Virus record (IMG/VR): IMGVR_UViG_3300025913_000034
Span: 863-64,862 of that record
Reading direction: 5' to 3' (one strand)
Source: a virus
Lineage: Duplodnaviria > Caudoviricetes
Length of the DNA stretch: 64,000 nucleotides
Made by a program: the position numbers and the translations under genes. This document shows positions 11,018-19,863 of this stretch, one piece after another; position 1 is the stretch's first letter; every line of letters starts with the position of its first letter. The notes below the pieces were generated by a model that did no database searches, was not told the DNA's origin, and saw only the letters and a program-made list of their open reading frames with translations.

Positions 11018-12607
11018 ATGTCGAAGTTCAACAAGCCGGTGGCGGTCGCGGCCCGCACGACCTCCCCGATCATCAGCACCACGCCGGCCACAACCCACCA
11101 GGGCGGCGCCGGCTTCGCGCGCGACGCGAAGTCGGAACTCTTCCTCCTCGCCGTCACCAACATGGTCGGCGAGAACACCTTCTACGAGACCGCCAGCGCC
11201 CGCGACACCCGCTTCGAGGAACTCGTGCACCAGGTCGCGGTCCTCGACGGCGACTGGATGCGCCGCTTCATCCCCTGGCTGCGCGCCGAAGCCAACATGC
11301 GCTCGGCGTCCCTGGTGGCCGCAGCCGAAGCCGTCCACGCGCGGCTCGCAGCCGGACTGGCCGGCGACAACCGCCAGATGATCGCCGCCGCATGCCAGCG
11401 CGCCGACGAGCCCGGCGAGATGCTCGGCTACTGGGACTCCCGCCACGGCCGCGCCATCCCGAAGCCGGTGAAGCGCGGCGTCGCCGACGCCGTACAGCGG
11501 CTCTACAACGGCAAGAGCCTGCTCAAGTACGACACCGACACCCGCGGCCACCGCTTCGGCGACGTCATCGACCGCGTCCACCCGTCGCCGGCCCCGGACA
11601 AGCCGTGGCAGGGCGACCTGTTCCGCTACGCCCTCGACCGCCGGCACGGCCGCGAGGACACACGCCTGCCGGAAGGCAACTTCACCCTGGCCGCGCGGCA
11701 GCGCCTGATGGACCTGCCGGTCGCGATGCGGCGCGAATGGCTCACCAACATCCCGGACGTCGCCGAGAAGCTGCGCGAGGCCGGCATGACGTGGGAGTCG
11801 CTCGCCGGCTGGCTCCAAGGCCCGATGGACGCCGCAGCGTGGGAGGCGATCATCCCATCCATGGGCTACATGGCGCTGCTGCGGAACCTGCGGAACTTCG
11901 ACCAGGCCGGAGTCTCCGACGAGGTGGCCGAGCAGGTCGCCGCACGCCTGGCCGACCCGGAGCAGGTGGCACGGTCCCGGCAGTTCCCCTTCCGGTTCTA
12001 CGCCGCGCACAAGAACACCGGCTCGCTGCGGTGGGGCCACGCGCTGGAGAAGGCACTGAAGTCGTCGCTGGCGAACGTGCCCGTGCTGCCCGGCCGCACG
12101 CTGGTGTTGGTGGATCAGTCGCCGTCGATGTTTCCCGGCTTCTACTACTCCACGCCGAACACCTCCGACATTGCCCTGGCGGAGAAGGCTGCGCTGTTCG
12201 GCTCGGCAATCGCGCTGCGCGCCGAGCACGCCGATCTCGTCGGCTACGGCTTCGCCAACTACAAGGTGCCGATCGGAAGGGGCGATGCGGTACTGGAGGT
12301 GATGAAGCGCTTCCACGTGGAAGACGGCACCGACACGCCGCGCGCGATGGTGGAGAACTTTGCCGGCCACGACCGGGTCCTGATCGTCACCGACGAACAG
12401 ACCGCACACTCGCGGCTGCCCGGCCGCACCGTAGAGAACGCGGTCCCGGCGAACGTGCCGGTCTACACCTGGAACCTGTCGGGCTACCGCCCGGGCCACG
12501 GGCCGTCCGGGACCGCGCGCAGGCACACCTTCGGTGGCCTCACCGACCAGGCGTTCCGCATGATCCCGCTCCTCGAGGCGGCCCAGTCCCAGTCGTGGCC
12601 GTTCTGA
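11018..12607 (+). CDS. rsr: Ro60/Rsr-like TROVE-domain RNA-binding protein with C-terminal vWA domain
   Basis: 529 aa; TROVE features (ELFLLAV..GENTFYE, LRAEANMRS, QRADEPGE, MALLRNLRNF, SRQFPFRFYAA); MIDAS-like LVDQSPSM and VTDEQ. Confidence 0.93.
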   Translation: MSKFNKPVAVAARTTSPIISTTPATTHQGGAGFARDAKSELFLLAVTNMVGENTFYETASARDTRFEELVHQVAVLDGDWMRRFIPWLRAEANMRSASLVAAAEAVHARLAAGLAGDNRQMIAAACQRADEPGEMLGYWDSRHGRAIPKPVKRGVADAVQRLYNGKSLLKYDTDTRGHRFGDVIDRVHPSPAPDKPWQGDLFRYALDRRHGREDTRLPEGNFTLAARQRLMDLPVAMRREWLTNIPDVAEKLREAGMTWESLAGWLQGPMDAAAWEAIIPSMGYMALLRNLRNFDQAGVSDEVAEQVAARLADPEQVARSRQFPFRFYAAHKNTGSLRWGHALEKALKSSLANVPVLPGRTLVLVDQSPSMFPGFYYSTPNTSDIALAEKAALFGSAIALRAEHADLVGYGFANYKVPIGRGDAVLEVMKRFHVEDGTDTPRAMVENFAGHDRVLIVTDEQTAHSRLPGRTVENAVPANVPVYTWNLSGYRPGHGPSGTARRHTFGGLTDQAFRMIPLLEAAQSQSWPF

Positions 12608-12627
12608 TTGATGGACTGCTGAATGCA

Positions 12628-12657
12628 GAGAAGCCCCGGCCGAGGCCGGGGCTTCTC
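12628..12657. terminator. Hairpin between convergent genes (likely bidirectional terminator)
   Basis: GAGAAGCCCCGGCC-GA-GGCCGGGGCTTCTC perfect inverted repeat. Confidence 0.75.
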
Positions 12658-12664
12658 CGTGCGG

Positions 12665-13318
12665 TCAGTAGTTCACCACAGTCAGGAACTCGATGTTCTG
12701 CGGGAAGATCCGGCCGCCGCGCAGCTCGACATCGGCGACGTCGGAGCCGATGACATTCCGGTAGAGCCGCTGGATCGTGCCGACCACCGGGTCCGGGAAC
12801 TCGCTGACCTCCAGCCGCACCCGGTCCCCGGGCTGCACGTGCCGCGCCGGGCCGGACAGCGCCGCCAGGACGTCGTCGGCGGTTGCCGGGGCGGTGCACA
12901 CTCGGTAGTCCAGGATGTAGTTGAAGTGGCCGGTGTGGCCACAGCCCCGGCAGACGGTGTCGTTGTGCAGGCTGTCCGGGACGTCGCCGAGGCGGTACCA
13001 GTGACCGCGGGCCGTGACCGTCACGCGGATCGCGTCCCAGCCCGCGAACCGGCCCCGGGCGTTGCGGCCGGTGGTGAACACCCGGACGCCGTCGGCCATG
13101 CCGCCGGGGAACGTCGGCAGGATCTCACGGACCCCGGTGGCCGGGTCGATGACGAGGGCGCCGGACCGCTCGGCGGCCGCGGCCGCCAGGAGCCGGTCGA
13201 GCTCGGCGAGCAGGCCGGGCGGCAGCGCGAGCAGCTGCTCGCCGTCGGCGTTCTCGACGCCGGGGTGCGCGGCGTAGAAGGCGTGGAGCCGGTCGCGGGC
13301 CGGGGTGATGGTGGGCAT
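12665..13318 (-). CDS. Hypothetical protein (CxxC motif, SH3-like C-terminus)
   Basis: AGGAG RBS; CRGCGH; VQPGDRVRL. Confidence 0.6.
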   Translation of the reverse strand: MPTITPARDRLHAFYAAHPGVENADGEQLLALPPGLLAELDRLLAAAAAERSGALVIDPATGVREILPTFPGGMADGVRVFTTGRNARGRFAGWDAIRVTVTARGHWYRLGDVPDSLHNDTVCRGCGHTGHFNYILDYRVCTAPATADDVLAALSGPARHVQPGDRVRLEVSEFPDPVVGTIQRLYRNVIGSDVADVELRGGRIFPQNIEFLTVVNY

Positions 13319-13355
13319 GCGGTTCTCCTGGTTCGGGTCGGTGGTGGCTGGCGGA

Positions 13356-13793
13356 TCAGACGCCGGCGAAGGCGTGGGCGACGGGGTGGCCCGGCAGCGT
13401 CAGCACGAGGCTGGCGGTGCGGCTGTAGGCCAGCGCCCCGGCGATCAGGTCCAGGGGGTTGCTGTAGCGGTACGTCGCCCGCAGGCGGCCGTTGACGACG
13501 GACAGGCCGCGCCGGTCGGGCTCGGTGCCGTGGTTTTCGCGGTAGGCCTTCAGCACGGCCTTGCCGAACGCGGCGGCGTAGCGGGCGTCGACCCCGAGGG
13601 TCTCCAGGTATTCGCCGGCCGTCAGCCAGCCCTGGCGGGACGCTGCGGCCCGTGCGCGGTCGGCCTGGCCGATGACGCGGTGGCCGTGCTTCTTGGCGGT
13701 GTTGCGGGCCTCGCAACGCGCCTCGGCGCGGCGTCCGGCGCGGCCGGTCAGGGTCGGGCGGTTCTGGCCCTTGCGGTAGTAGCCCTGCAGCAT
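13356..13793 (-). CDS. Hypothetical basic protein
   Basis: AAGGGGGA RBS before ATG 13793. Confidence 0.6.
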   Translation of the reverse strand: MLQGYYRKGQNRPTLTGRAGRRAEARCEARNTAKKHGHRVIGQADRARAAASRQGWLTAGEYLETLGVDARYAAAFGKAVLKAYRENHGTEPDRRGLSVVNGRLRATYRYSNPLDLIAGALAYSRTASLVLTLPGHPVAHAFAGV

Positions 13794-13880
13794 CTCGGTG
13801 TCCCCCTTGGTCGGCGTTTCCCTATGCCTCACACTCTAGGCCTCATGTGTTAGGCATGTCAACTGGACTAGGCCTACCTC

Positions 13881-14096
13881 GTGAGGCACACTGAGCCTGT
13901 GATTACCAAGGACGACCTCAGAGCCGCACGGCAGGCCTACGACAGAGCAATCGAAGAAGCCGAACGCACGCGCGCTCTTATCGTTGCCAAGGCCATCGCC
14001 GAAGGACTTCCACAGAAGGACGTCATTGAGGCCATGGAGTACAGCCGCGAGACCGTACGCCGCATCACCCAAGCAGGGCGGGAGATCATGCAGTGA
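13881..14096 (+). CDS. Small HTH DNA-binding protein
   Basis: GLPQKDVIEAMEYSRETVRRI HTH; divergent from 13793. Confidence 0.7.
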   Translation: MRHTEPVITKDDLRAARQAYDRAIEEAERTRALIVAKAIAEGLPQKDVIEAMEYSRETVRRITQAGREIMQ

Positions 14097-14679
14097 AAGG
14101 CGGAGAATCAGCCCCATGAGAGGCTATGACGTTGCCCTGATCATCGCCTGGATCCTTGTCGTCGCCATTCTGGCCCGGATGGTCAGGAACGGCCAGACGT
14201 CCGTCGCCCGGACCGGCCCCCGCGGCCGGCGTTTGCGGCCCCGGTCCGGGGACGGCGGCATGCGCGAGCGCTTTACGCCGCCGCCGCGGTACGGTCCGGG
14301 CAGCAAACCAGAGCCGGAGCCGTCTGAAGCCGAAGGAGACAGCATGGCAATCGAGGCTTATCAGCTCACGGCGCCGGATCGGTTCGCCGCCGCCCTCGCC
14401 GCCCTGACGCCGTCGGCACTGTGCACGCCGTGCGTCATCGAACTGAAGCAGGCCCGCGCCGCCGGGCAGCCGGACCCCGAGGTCCTTCCCGGTATCGTCC
14501 TGAGCATGGTCGTCATCAACGGCGCGCCGTCGCCGGCGATGCTGTGCGAAGTGCGGCACCAGCTCGACGTCGGGCCCGCCACGCCGCTGGTCGTCGCACC
14601 GGCGGACGCTGTCCGGGGACTCGACGCGGCAGTCCGCGCGCGCGGGCTGGCCGCTCCCGGGACGGCGTAGGGAGTCCCG

Positions 14680-15099
14680 GTGACGGACGATGTGGTCTTC
14701 GACGACATACACGACTTCATTGCTGCGCAGCTGGATGTGCGCGAGAAGCGTGCACACGACGCCGATTGGGCAATCGGGACCAAGTACGATCCGATTGTGG
14801 TTTCCGCCTGCGAGACGGTCAGCACCCCCCTGATGGAGCTGTACCGAGACGCGCTTCCTGAGCGCGTCTTGGCCGAGGTGGCAGCGATGCGGCGCGTGCT
14901 GAAGCGGCACCGGCGCCCGCGTAGCCCAGCCGAGATCCCCGCTGGCGTCTCTTCAGAGTGCTGCGTCGGCTGCGGCTTCCTCGGCGACACCGGGATTCCA
15001 CCGCGCACCCCGCACATCAACGACTGCCCGGAGCTCCGCGATGCTGCCGCGCCCTACGCGGGACGTCCCGGCTACAAGGAAGCGTGGAGGACGTCGTGA
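14680..15099 (+). CDS. DUF6221-like actinophage protein
   Basis: FIAAQLD...PERVLAEVAAMRRVL...AAPYAGRPGYKEAW. Confidence 0.65.
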   Translation: MTDDVVFDDIHDFIAAQLDVREKRAHDADWAIGTKYDPIVVSACETVSTPLMELYRDALPERVLAEVAAMRRVLKRHRRPRSPAEIPAGVSSECCVGCGFLGDTGIPPRTPHINDCPELRDAAAPYAGRPGYKEAWRTS

Positions 15100-15659
15100 G
15101 CGGCTTCATCAAGTACGGGAACGCCACCATTCAGTTCGGCGATGGCGAGCCGATTCCGGTCACGAACCTTGAAATCACGTCGGCCAAGACCGAGGCCGGC
15201 GGTGCCGGGCAGCAGCCGGTGCGACCCGGCGACTTCGAGGTGACCATGCAACTTCCGCTCGAAGCCGGAATCCCCATCTGCCGTGCCGTTGGCCTGCCGG
15301 AGATGGCCGACCGCATCGAGTTCCAGACGCACCCCGACCTCGCTGATCTCAACCTCCGGCTCGACGGCTACTACGACGATCCGCAGTAGGAACAGCCGCC
15401 GCCCCGTTCCGGCCGAGGTGTCTGAACGGCGGCTCCCGGTGTTCGGCAGGAAGCAGTCCCGCTAGTAAGTAGCCGCTGCGGCCTGATCTTCTTAACGCCG
15501 GTCGAGTTCGCCGGAAACGATCAGCCGTGCCATTCTGTATGTGACATAGCAGTGCCCGCGGAAGTCGCGCCGCGGGCACCAGAGCTACACCACCACCGAT
15601 CACCAGTATGCCCGGTCGATCGGAGTAACCATGCACGTCGCGACCCCAGGCGCCCAGCC

Positions 15660-15944
15660 ATGAGCTACCGGCCCTCACCCACCCCGCCGTTCGACGGCAC
15701 AGAGGCCTGCCGAGGCCTCGGAACAGACCTCTTCTTCGAGCAGACCGCCGAAGCCCGCAGCCGGGCCCGCGCCCTGTGCACCGCCTGCCCGATCCGCCAA
15801 GCCTGCCAGGACTGGGCCGTCGCCTTCGAGGAATACGGCTTCTGGGCCAACACCACCCCCGGGCAGCGCAAACGAATCCGCCGCGACCAGACCCTCGCGC
15901 TCGTCCGGCCCGAAGCCGGCGCGAAACTCCTCGCCGCCTGCTGA
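15660..15944 (+). CDS. whiB: WhiB-family Fe-S transcription factor
   Basis: Four Cys (ACRG...DLFF...CTACPIRQAC); GFWAN variant of the G[VI]WGG turn; basic tail. Confidence 0.85.
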   Translation: MSYRPSPTPPFDGTEACRGLGTDLFFEQTAEARSRARALCTACPIRQACQDWAVAFEEYGFWANTTPGQRKRIRRDQTLALVRPEAGAKLLAAC

Positions 15945-16178
15945 CCCCCTGGCATCTGGACGGCACCCCTACCGTGGGCGCCGTGGACCAGCACGCCAAC
16001 ACCCGACACGGCGTCGAAGTCGGCATGGTCATCACCCGCGCCGACGGCACCGTCACCAACATCGGCACCGTGTCCGCCGAATACCCCAGCACGCTGAGGC
16101 GCACCTGGTGGCGGCTCGTCGGCCGGCGCCGCGCCAACGCCCGGATCCGCAACGCCAACCGCAGCCGAGGAGCCTGAC

Positions 16179-16817
16179 ATGTCCTCCGTCGTCACCTACA
16201 AGGGCCTGGAGATGCTCGCCAACCGGCTGCGCGGCGCCACACCGTCGCAGGCCGAACCGCTGAACCTGGGCTGGGACACAGGTGGCTACACCGCCGCCAA
16301 GTCCGACGTCGCAGCGTTCGGCGAGGCACCTGAGAACCGCGTCGCCGGCGGATCGACCATAGCGACCACCACCACCAGCAACGACTCCTGGCAGGTCACC
16401 GGAACCATCGTCGCCACCGGCACCCGCACCATCACCGGCGTGCTGCTGTCCGACACCACGACCAAGCCGTCCGGCACCGACTCCGTTCAAGCCGGCTCCG
16501 CAGTCATCGGCTCCAGCTCCGGCAACACCATCAACGTCGGCACCGGCGCGAGCTTCGCGATCAACGAATACATCCAGATCCGCACCGAGGCCATGAAGGT
16601 CACTGGCGTATCCGGCAACGCCCTGACTGTGTCGCGCGGCCAGAACGGATCCGCCGCGCTTACCACCCTCGCCCAGAACGACCCCATCACCCGCGGCAAC
16701 CCGCCCGGCGCCACCGCCGTGGCCAACGGCAACCTGTTCCTGCACGCCGACCACGGCGCCACCGTCCTGGCCGCCGGGGACTCCATCGCCTACACCGTGA
16801 CTGTGACGGCATCCTGA
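16179..16817 (+). CDS. Putative virion structural protein (fibre/decoration-like)
   Basis: Thr/Gly/Ser-rich beta protein; N-terminus VVTYKGLEMLANRL...TAAKSD...E..R resembles phage fibre-base domains. Confidence 0.55.
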   Translation: MSSVVTYKGLEMLANRLRGATPSQAEPLNLGWDTGGYTAAKSDVAAFGEAPENRVAGGSTIATTTTSNDSWQVTGTIVATGTRTITGVLLSDTTTKPSGTDSVQAGSAVIGSSSGNTINVGTGASFAINEYIQIRTEAMKVTGVSGNALTVSRGQNGSAALTTLAQNDPITRGNPPGATAVANGNLFLHADHGATVLAAGDSIAYTVTVTAS

Positions 16818-17098
16818 TGAGCGCGGCACCCGACGGCACCGTCACCATCTCCTGCCCGACCCCCGAGGGCGACACCCTGTCCGTCACCGCCACCTGGGAC
16901 CCCGGCACCGGCGCCTTCGCCACCGACGCGATCACCTGCACCGGTGCGCAAGCCACCGGACAGGTGTGCGTCGGCGACGCCACCGGCAGCCACTACTGGA
17001 CCATGACGACCGGCGACGTCATCACCGACACCCAGCTGGCCGCCGCCGGCATCACCAACCGATCTCAGGTCCAGAGCATCAGCCTGGCACTGGTGTGA
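16817..17098 (+). CDS. Small beta-rich protein, probably structural
   Basis: TGATG coupling to the upstream gene; Thr-rich. Confidence 0.5.
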   Translation: MSAAPDGTVTISCPTPEGDTLSVTATWDPGTGAFATDAITCTGAQATGQVCVGDATGSHYWTMTTGDVITDTQLAAAGITNRSQVQSISLALV

Positions 17099-17101
17099 CC
17101 C

Positions 17102-18025
17102 GTGGCCTTCGCACGCGTCCAGAACGCCGCCGGCGGCGCTGACGACGTCTCCCTGACCGTCACGCTGCCGGCGCCACCCACCGCCGGGAACCTGCTCATC
17201 GCGGTCGCCAACGCCGACGCGACCGTCACCATCGGTGGCAGCGGCTGGAACGCCGGACCAAGCATCATCGACGGCAACGGCGCCTACCTGTGGTGGAAGA
17301 TCGCAGGATCTGGCGAGCCGTCGGCGGTGACATTCACCCCAAGCGTGTCCGACTACATCACCGCCGGGCTGCTGGAGTACTCCGGCAACAGCGCCACGCC
17401 CTACGACACCTCCAGCAGCTCCACCCACTCCGGGTCGGCCACCAACACCACCCAGGCCGCGTCGATGACCACGACCACAGGCCACGATCTCGGCATCGCA
17501 GCCGGGCTGCTGCACCAGAACCGTGGAACGCCGACCGTCGCGCCGACGTCGCCCGTGTGGAGCGGCAGTGCCACCTGGTCCAGCGTCCAGTCGGGCGGCG
17601 CGGTCTCCGGCTCCAACGTCACCGTCTGGGACTTCGTCGCAGACAACCTCGACCTTGGGCCGGCCGGTGCCGTCTCGGCATCCGTGGCCTGGTCGACGGT
17701 TTCCTGGCCCGACGCGCAGCAGCTGCTCATCGCGTTCAAGCCCGGGGCCACTACCACGTATCCGGTGGCAGTGTTCGCGACGGTCTCAACCGCCGGTGTG
17801 ACCGGCCGCCGCGTCTCGCGGCTCTGCGCGAGCCAGCTGACCACCGCCGCGGTGGTGCGGCGGCGCGTTGGCCACATCCTGCGCAAGATCCTCACCACGG
17901 GCGCGACAGTCACGGTCACGAGCCACGGGCCGCTGCGCAACGCCATCGTCACCATCGGCGCGGCCGTCGACCGCTGGATCATCGGCCCGATTCAGGACCG
18001 CTGGAAGATAGGACCAGGACAGTGA
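17102..18025 (+). CDS. Putative virion fibre/receptor-binding-like protein
   Basis: PTAGNLLIAV...YLWWKIAGSGEPS...LEYSG pattern seen in actinophage minor structural proteins. Confidence 0.55.
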   Translation: MAFARVQNAAGGADDVSLTVTLPAPPTAGNLLIAVANADATVTIGGSGWNAGPSIIDGNGAYLWWKIAGSGEPSAVTFTPSVSDYITAGLLEYSGNSATPYDTSSSSTHSGSATNTTQAASMTTTTGHDLGIAAGLLHQNRGTPTVAPTSPVWSGSATWSSVQSGGAVSGSNVTVWDFVADNLDLGPAGAVSASVAWSTVSWPDAQQLLIAFKPGATTTYPVAVFATVSTAGVTGRRVSRLCASQLTTAAVVRRRVGHILRKILTTGATVTVTSHGPLRNAIVTIGAAVDRWIIGPIQDRWKIGPGQ

Positions 18026-18345
18026 TCACACGGTCGGTGCAGGACACCGAATACCTGCCGTTCGCGGTGTCGCTGGAGGTCGACGGCCAGCCCTACAACC
18101 CCACCGGCGACCGCGTGGAGTTCGCGTTCATGCCGGTGTCGCCGGGCTCCGACCCGGGCTCCGGTGACTGGCACACCGGCTCCTGGGACACCGTCGCGCC
18201 CGAAACCTACAACGCGCAGGTGCTCGTCGGGCCCGCGAACGGCGGTGTCGCGCTGGCGGTCGGCCAGTACTACCCGTGGATCCGCATCACCGACTCGCCG
18301 GAGGTTGTCGTGCGGAAGCTGAAGGACGTGCTGGAGATCGTCTGA
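18022..18345 (+). CDS. Ig-like (BppU-N-like) virion protein
   Basis: Beta-sandwich-like sequence ending LAVGQYYPWIRITDSPEVVV. Confidence 0.5.
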   Translation: MITRSVQDTEYLPFAVSLEVDGQPYNPTGDRVEFAFMPVSPGSDPGSGDWHTGSWDTVAPETYNAQVLVGPANGGVALAVGQYYPWIRITDSPEVVVRKLKDVLEIV

Positions 18346-18431
18346 ACTGCTGGCACCGTAGCGTGTACCGCGTGCCAACTCGCTACGGCTCGGGGGCTGT
18401 AGTTCTCGCGAGGCGCTCTTAACGTTGAGTC

Positions 18432-18710
18432 ATGGAAACGCGAGAGCTTGAGCTCTTGATCGAGCTCCGTGCCGGACAGGTATCTGGCCGAAACCGCAGA
18501 GTCCGCAAGGCGCTGAAACTGAGCCAGGAGTGGATCGGTGCCCAGGTCGGCGTAACTGCGGTAACGATCTGCACCTACGAATCAGGGCGCCGGACGCCTC
18601 GCGGACAAGTGGCCGTCTCCTACGCGAGGCTGCTGCGCCAGCTCGAACGGCAAGCAGCGGCCGCAGGGCTGGATCTTTCGGCTGGTGCGATAGATCGACC
18701 ACAGGATTAG
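18432..18710 (+). CDS. XRE-family HTH regulator
   Basis: RKALKLSQEWIGAQVGVTAVTICTYESGRRTPR. Confidence 0.85.
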   Translation: METRELELLIELRAGQVSGRNRRVRKALKLSQEWIGAQVGVTAVTICTYESGRRTPRGQVAVSYARLLRQLERQAAAAGLDLSAGAIDRPQD

Positions 18711-19279
18711 GGGCGGTAGGCTTATGCCGCACCCCGTGCCTCCAACGGGGCCGCTCTCACATTCAGGCGGTGCACCCCTTCATGCGGTTCGGCCCGGCGC
18801 GGGAGCGCCCGCACGAGGAGCGCCCGCTGCGCGGCGGCACCCGCACCGCCTCGGTGCTGATCGCCTTCCACGCCCGGCCTGAGACCGACGTCGACGCGGT
18901 CGCCGCCGAGGTTGAGGACATCGTGCGCGAGCTGCTGGACGACTGGTATCGGCGGCGCGGCCACGCACTGCTCGAATCAGCGCCCGACGTGGCCTGACCG
19001 GCGTACCCTGAGAACCAGTGCAGCCCCGGCCTGACCCCCCGAGCAGGCCGGGGCGCACCGCGAGGACTCCCATCAGGGGTGTCGCACAAGGAGGGGAAGA
19101 TCGGCCCCCGCCTGCGGCGGCATGTGCCGGCCGGTTCTGGCAACCGCGAGCCAGCCTTGACACCCCGCTCGCCGAGAAGGTCCCGGGCGCGTACCGCAGC
19201 TGGCGCCCGGGACCGCCCACGTTTACGGGCTCCAGCGCGGGCTTCCCAGGACGTTGACGAAGTTCACGCGCTGGAGCAG

Positions 19280-19374
19280 TGGATCCAGCGGGCCTCGAAC
19301 CCGCTACCCCGGTCAGTCGCCGTAGCGACCGGGCGCCGAACACCGGAGCTCTGCCTGGTGAGCGTTATGGACCC
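19280..19374 (-). ncRNA. tRNA-like RNA with Ala acceptor identity and an aberrant anticodon domain
   Basis: Minus strand: GGGTCCA/TGGATCC-A acceptor (G3:U70, A73); GCTC/GAGC D arm; GCGGG-TTCGAGG-CCCGC T arm; CCGGT/ACCGG stem enclosing a 28-nt insert. Confidence 0.65.
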
Positions 19375-19381
19375 TCGATCA

Positions 19382-19454
19382 TGGACCTGACCGGATTTGA
19401 ACCGGCGACCTGCTGCCTGCCGGACAGCTGCTCTACCTGCTGAGCTACGGGCCC
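19382..19454 (-). tRNA. tRNA-Ala(GGC), atypical, CCA not encoded
   Basis: GGGCCCG TA GCTC AGCAGGTA GAGC A GCTGT CCGGCAG GCAGC AGGTC GCCGG TTCAAAT CCGGT CAGGTCC A; G3:U70; C33; C6:A67 mismatch. Confidence 0.85.
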
Positions 19455-19863
19455 TTACCTGTGCGGCAGGCCGGATGGGCAAACCCCCGGGCTGTCCCGG
19501 AACGCTGCTGTCAGCACTTCCTGCCGCGCACACCACGATACGCGCCCGGGACGACCGGCCGGGCGTACCGTGAACGCGTGGCCCACTTTGTCATCCAGAC
19601 CGACGGCGAGCACGGCACCCTGCTGGTCGACGGCGAGCAACCCAAGTTGTTCGGAGACCTGGTCGCCGTTGACATCCGGCACAATCCGCCACTCGACTAC
19701 CACGCCATCGATCCGTGGCCCCTCAGCATCCGTGCACGTGCGCAACCCGTCGTTACGGTCACGCTGCGCCTGCCGCTTGGGCCAAACGACACCCTGACGG
19801 TGGTAGAAGGGCCCAGGGTCGAAGACGTCCACGGCCCGACCGCCGACGCCGGAGCCTGACGGC

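Noticed and set aside
10471-11178. ORFs 10488-10928, 10630-10956 and 10471-11178 over the Y-RNA array
   Set aside because: No recognisable protein features; the region is better explained by RNA structure
10880-12526. 548-aa antisense ORF (and similar long shadow ORFs such as 42874-44886 and 52061-53623)
   Set aside because: Antisense shadows of real high-GC genes; no motifs
19477-19500. GGGCAAACC as a c-di-GMP-I riboswitch
   Set aside because: The GNRA tetraloop/receptor and second-stem consensus are missing
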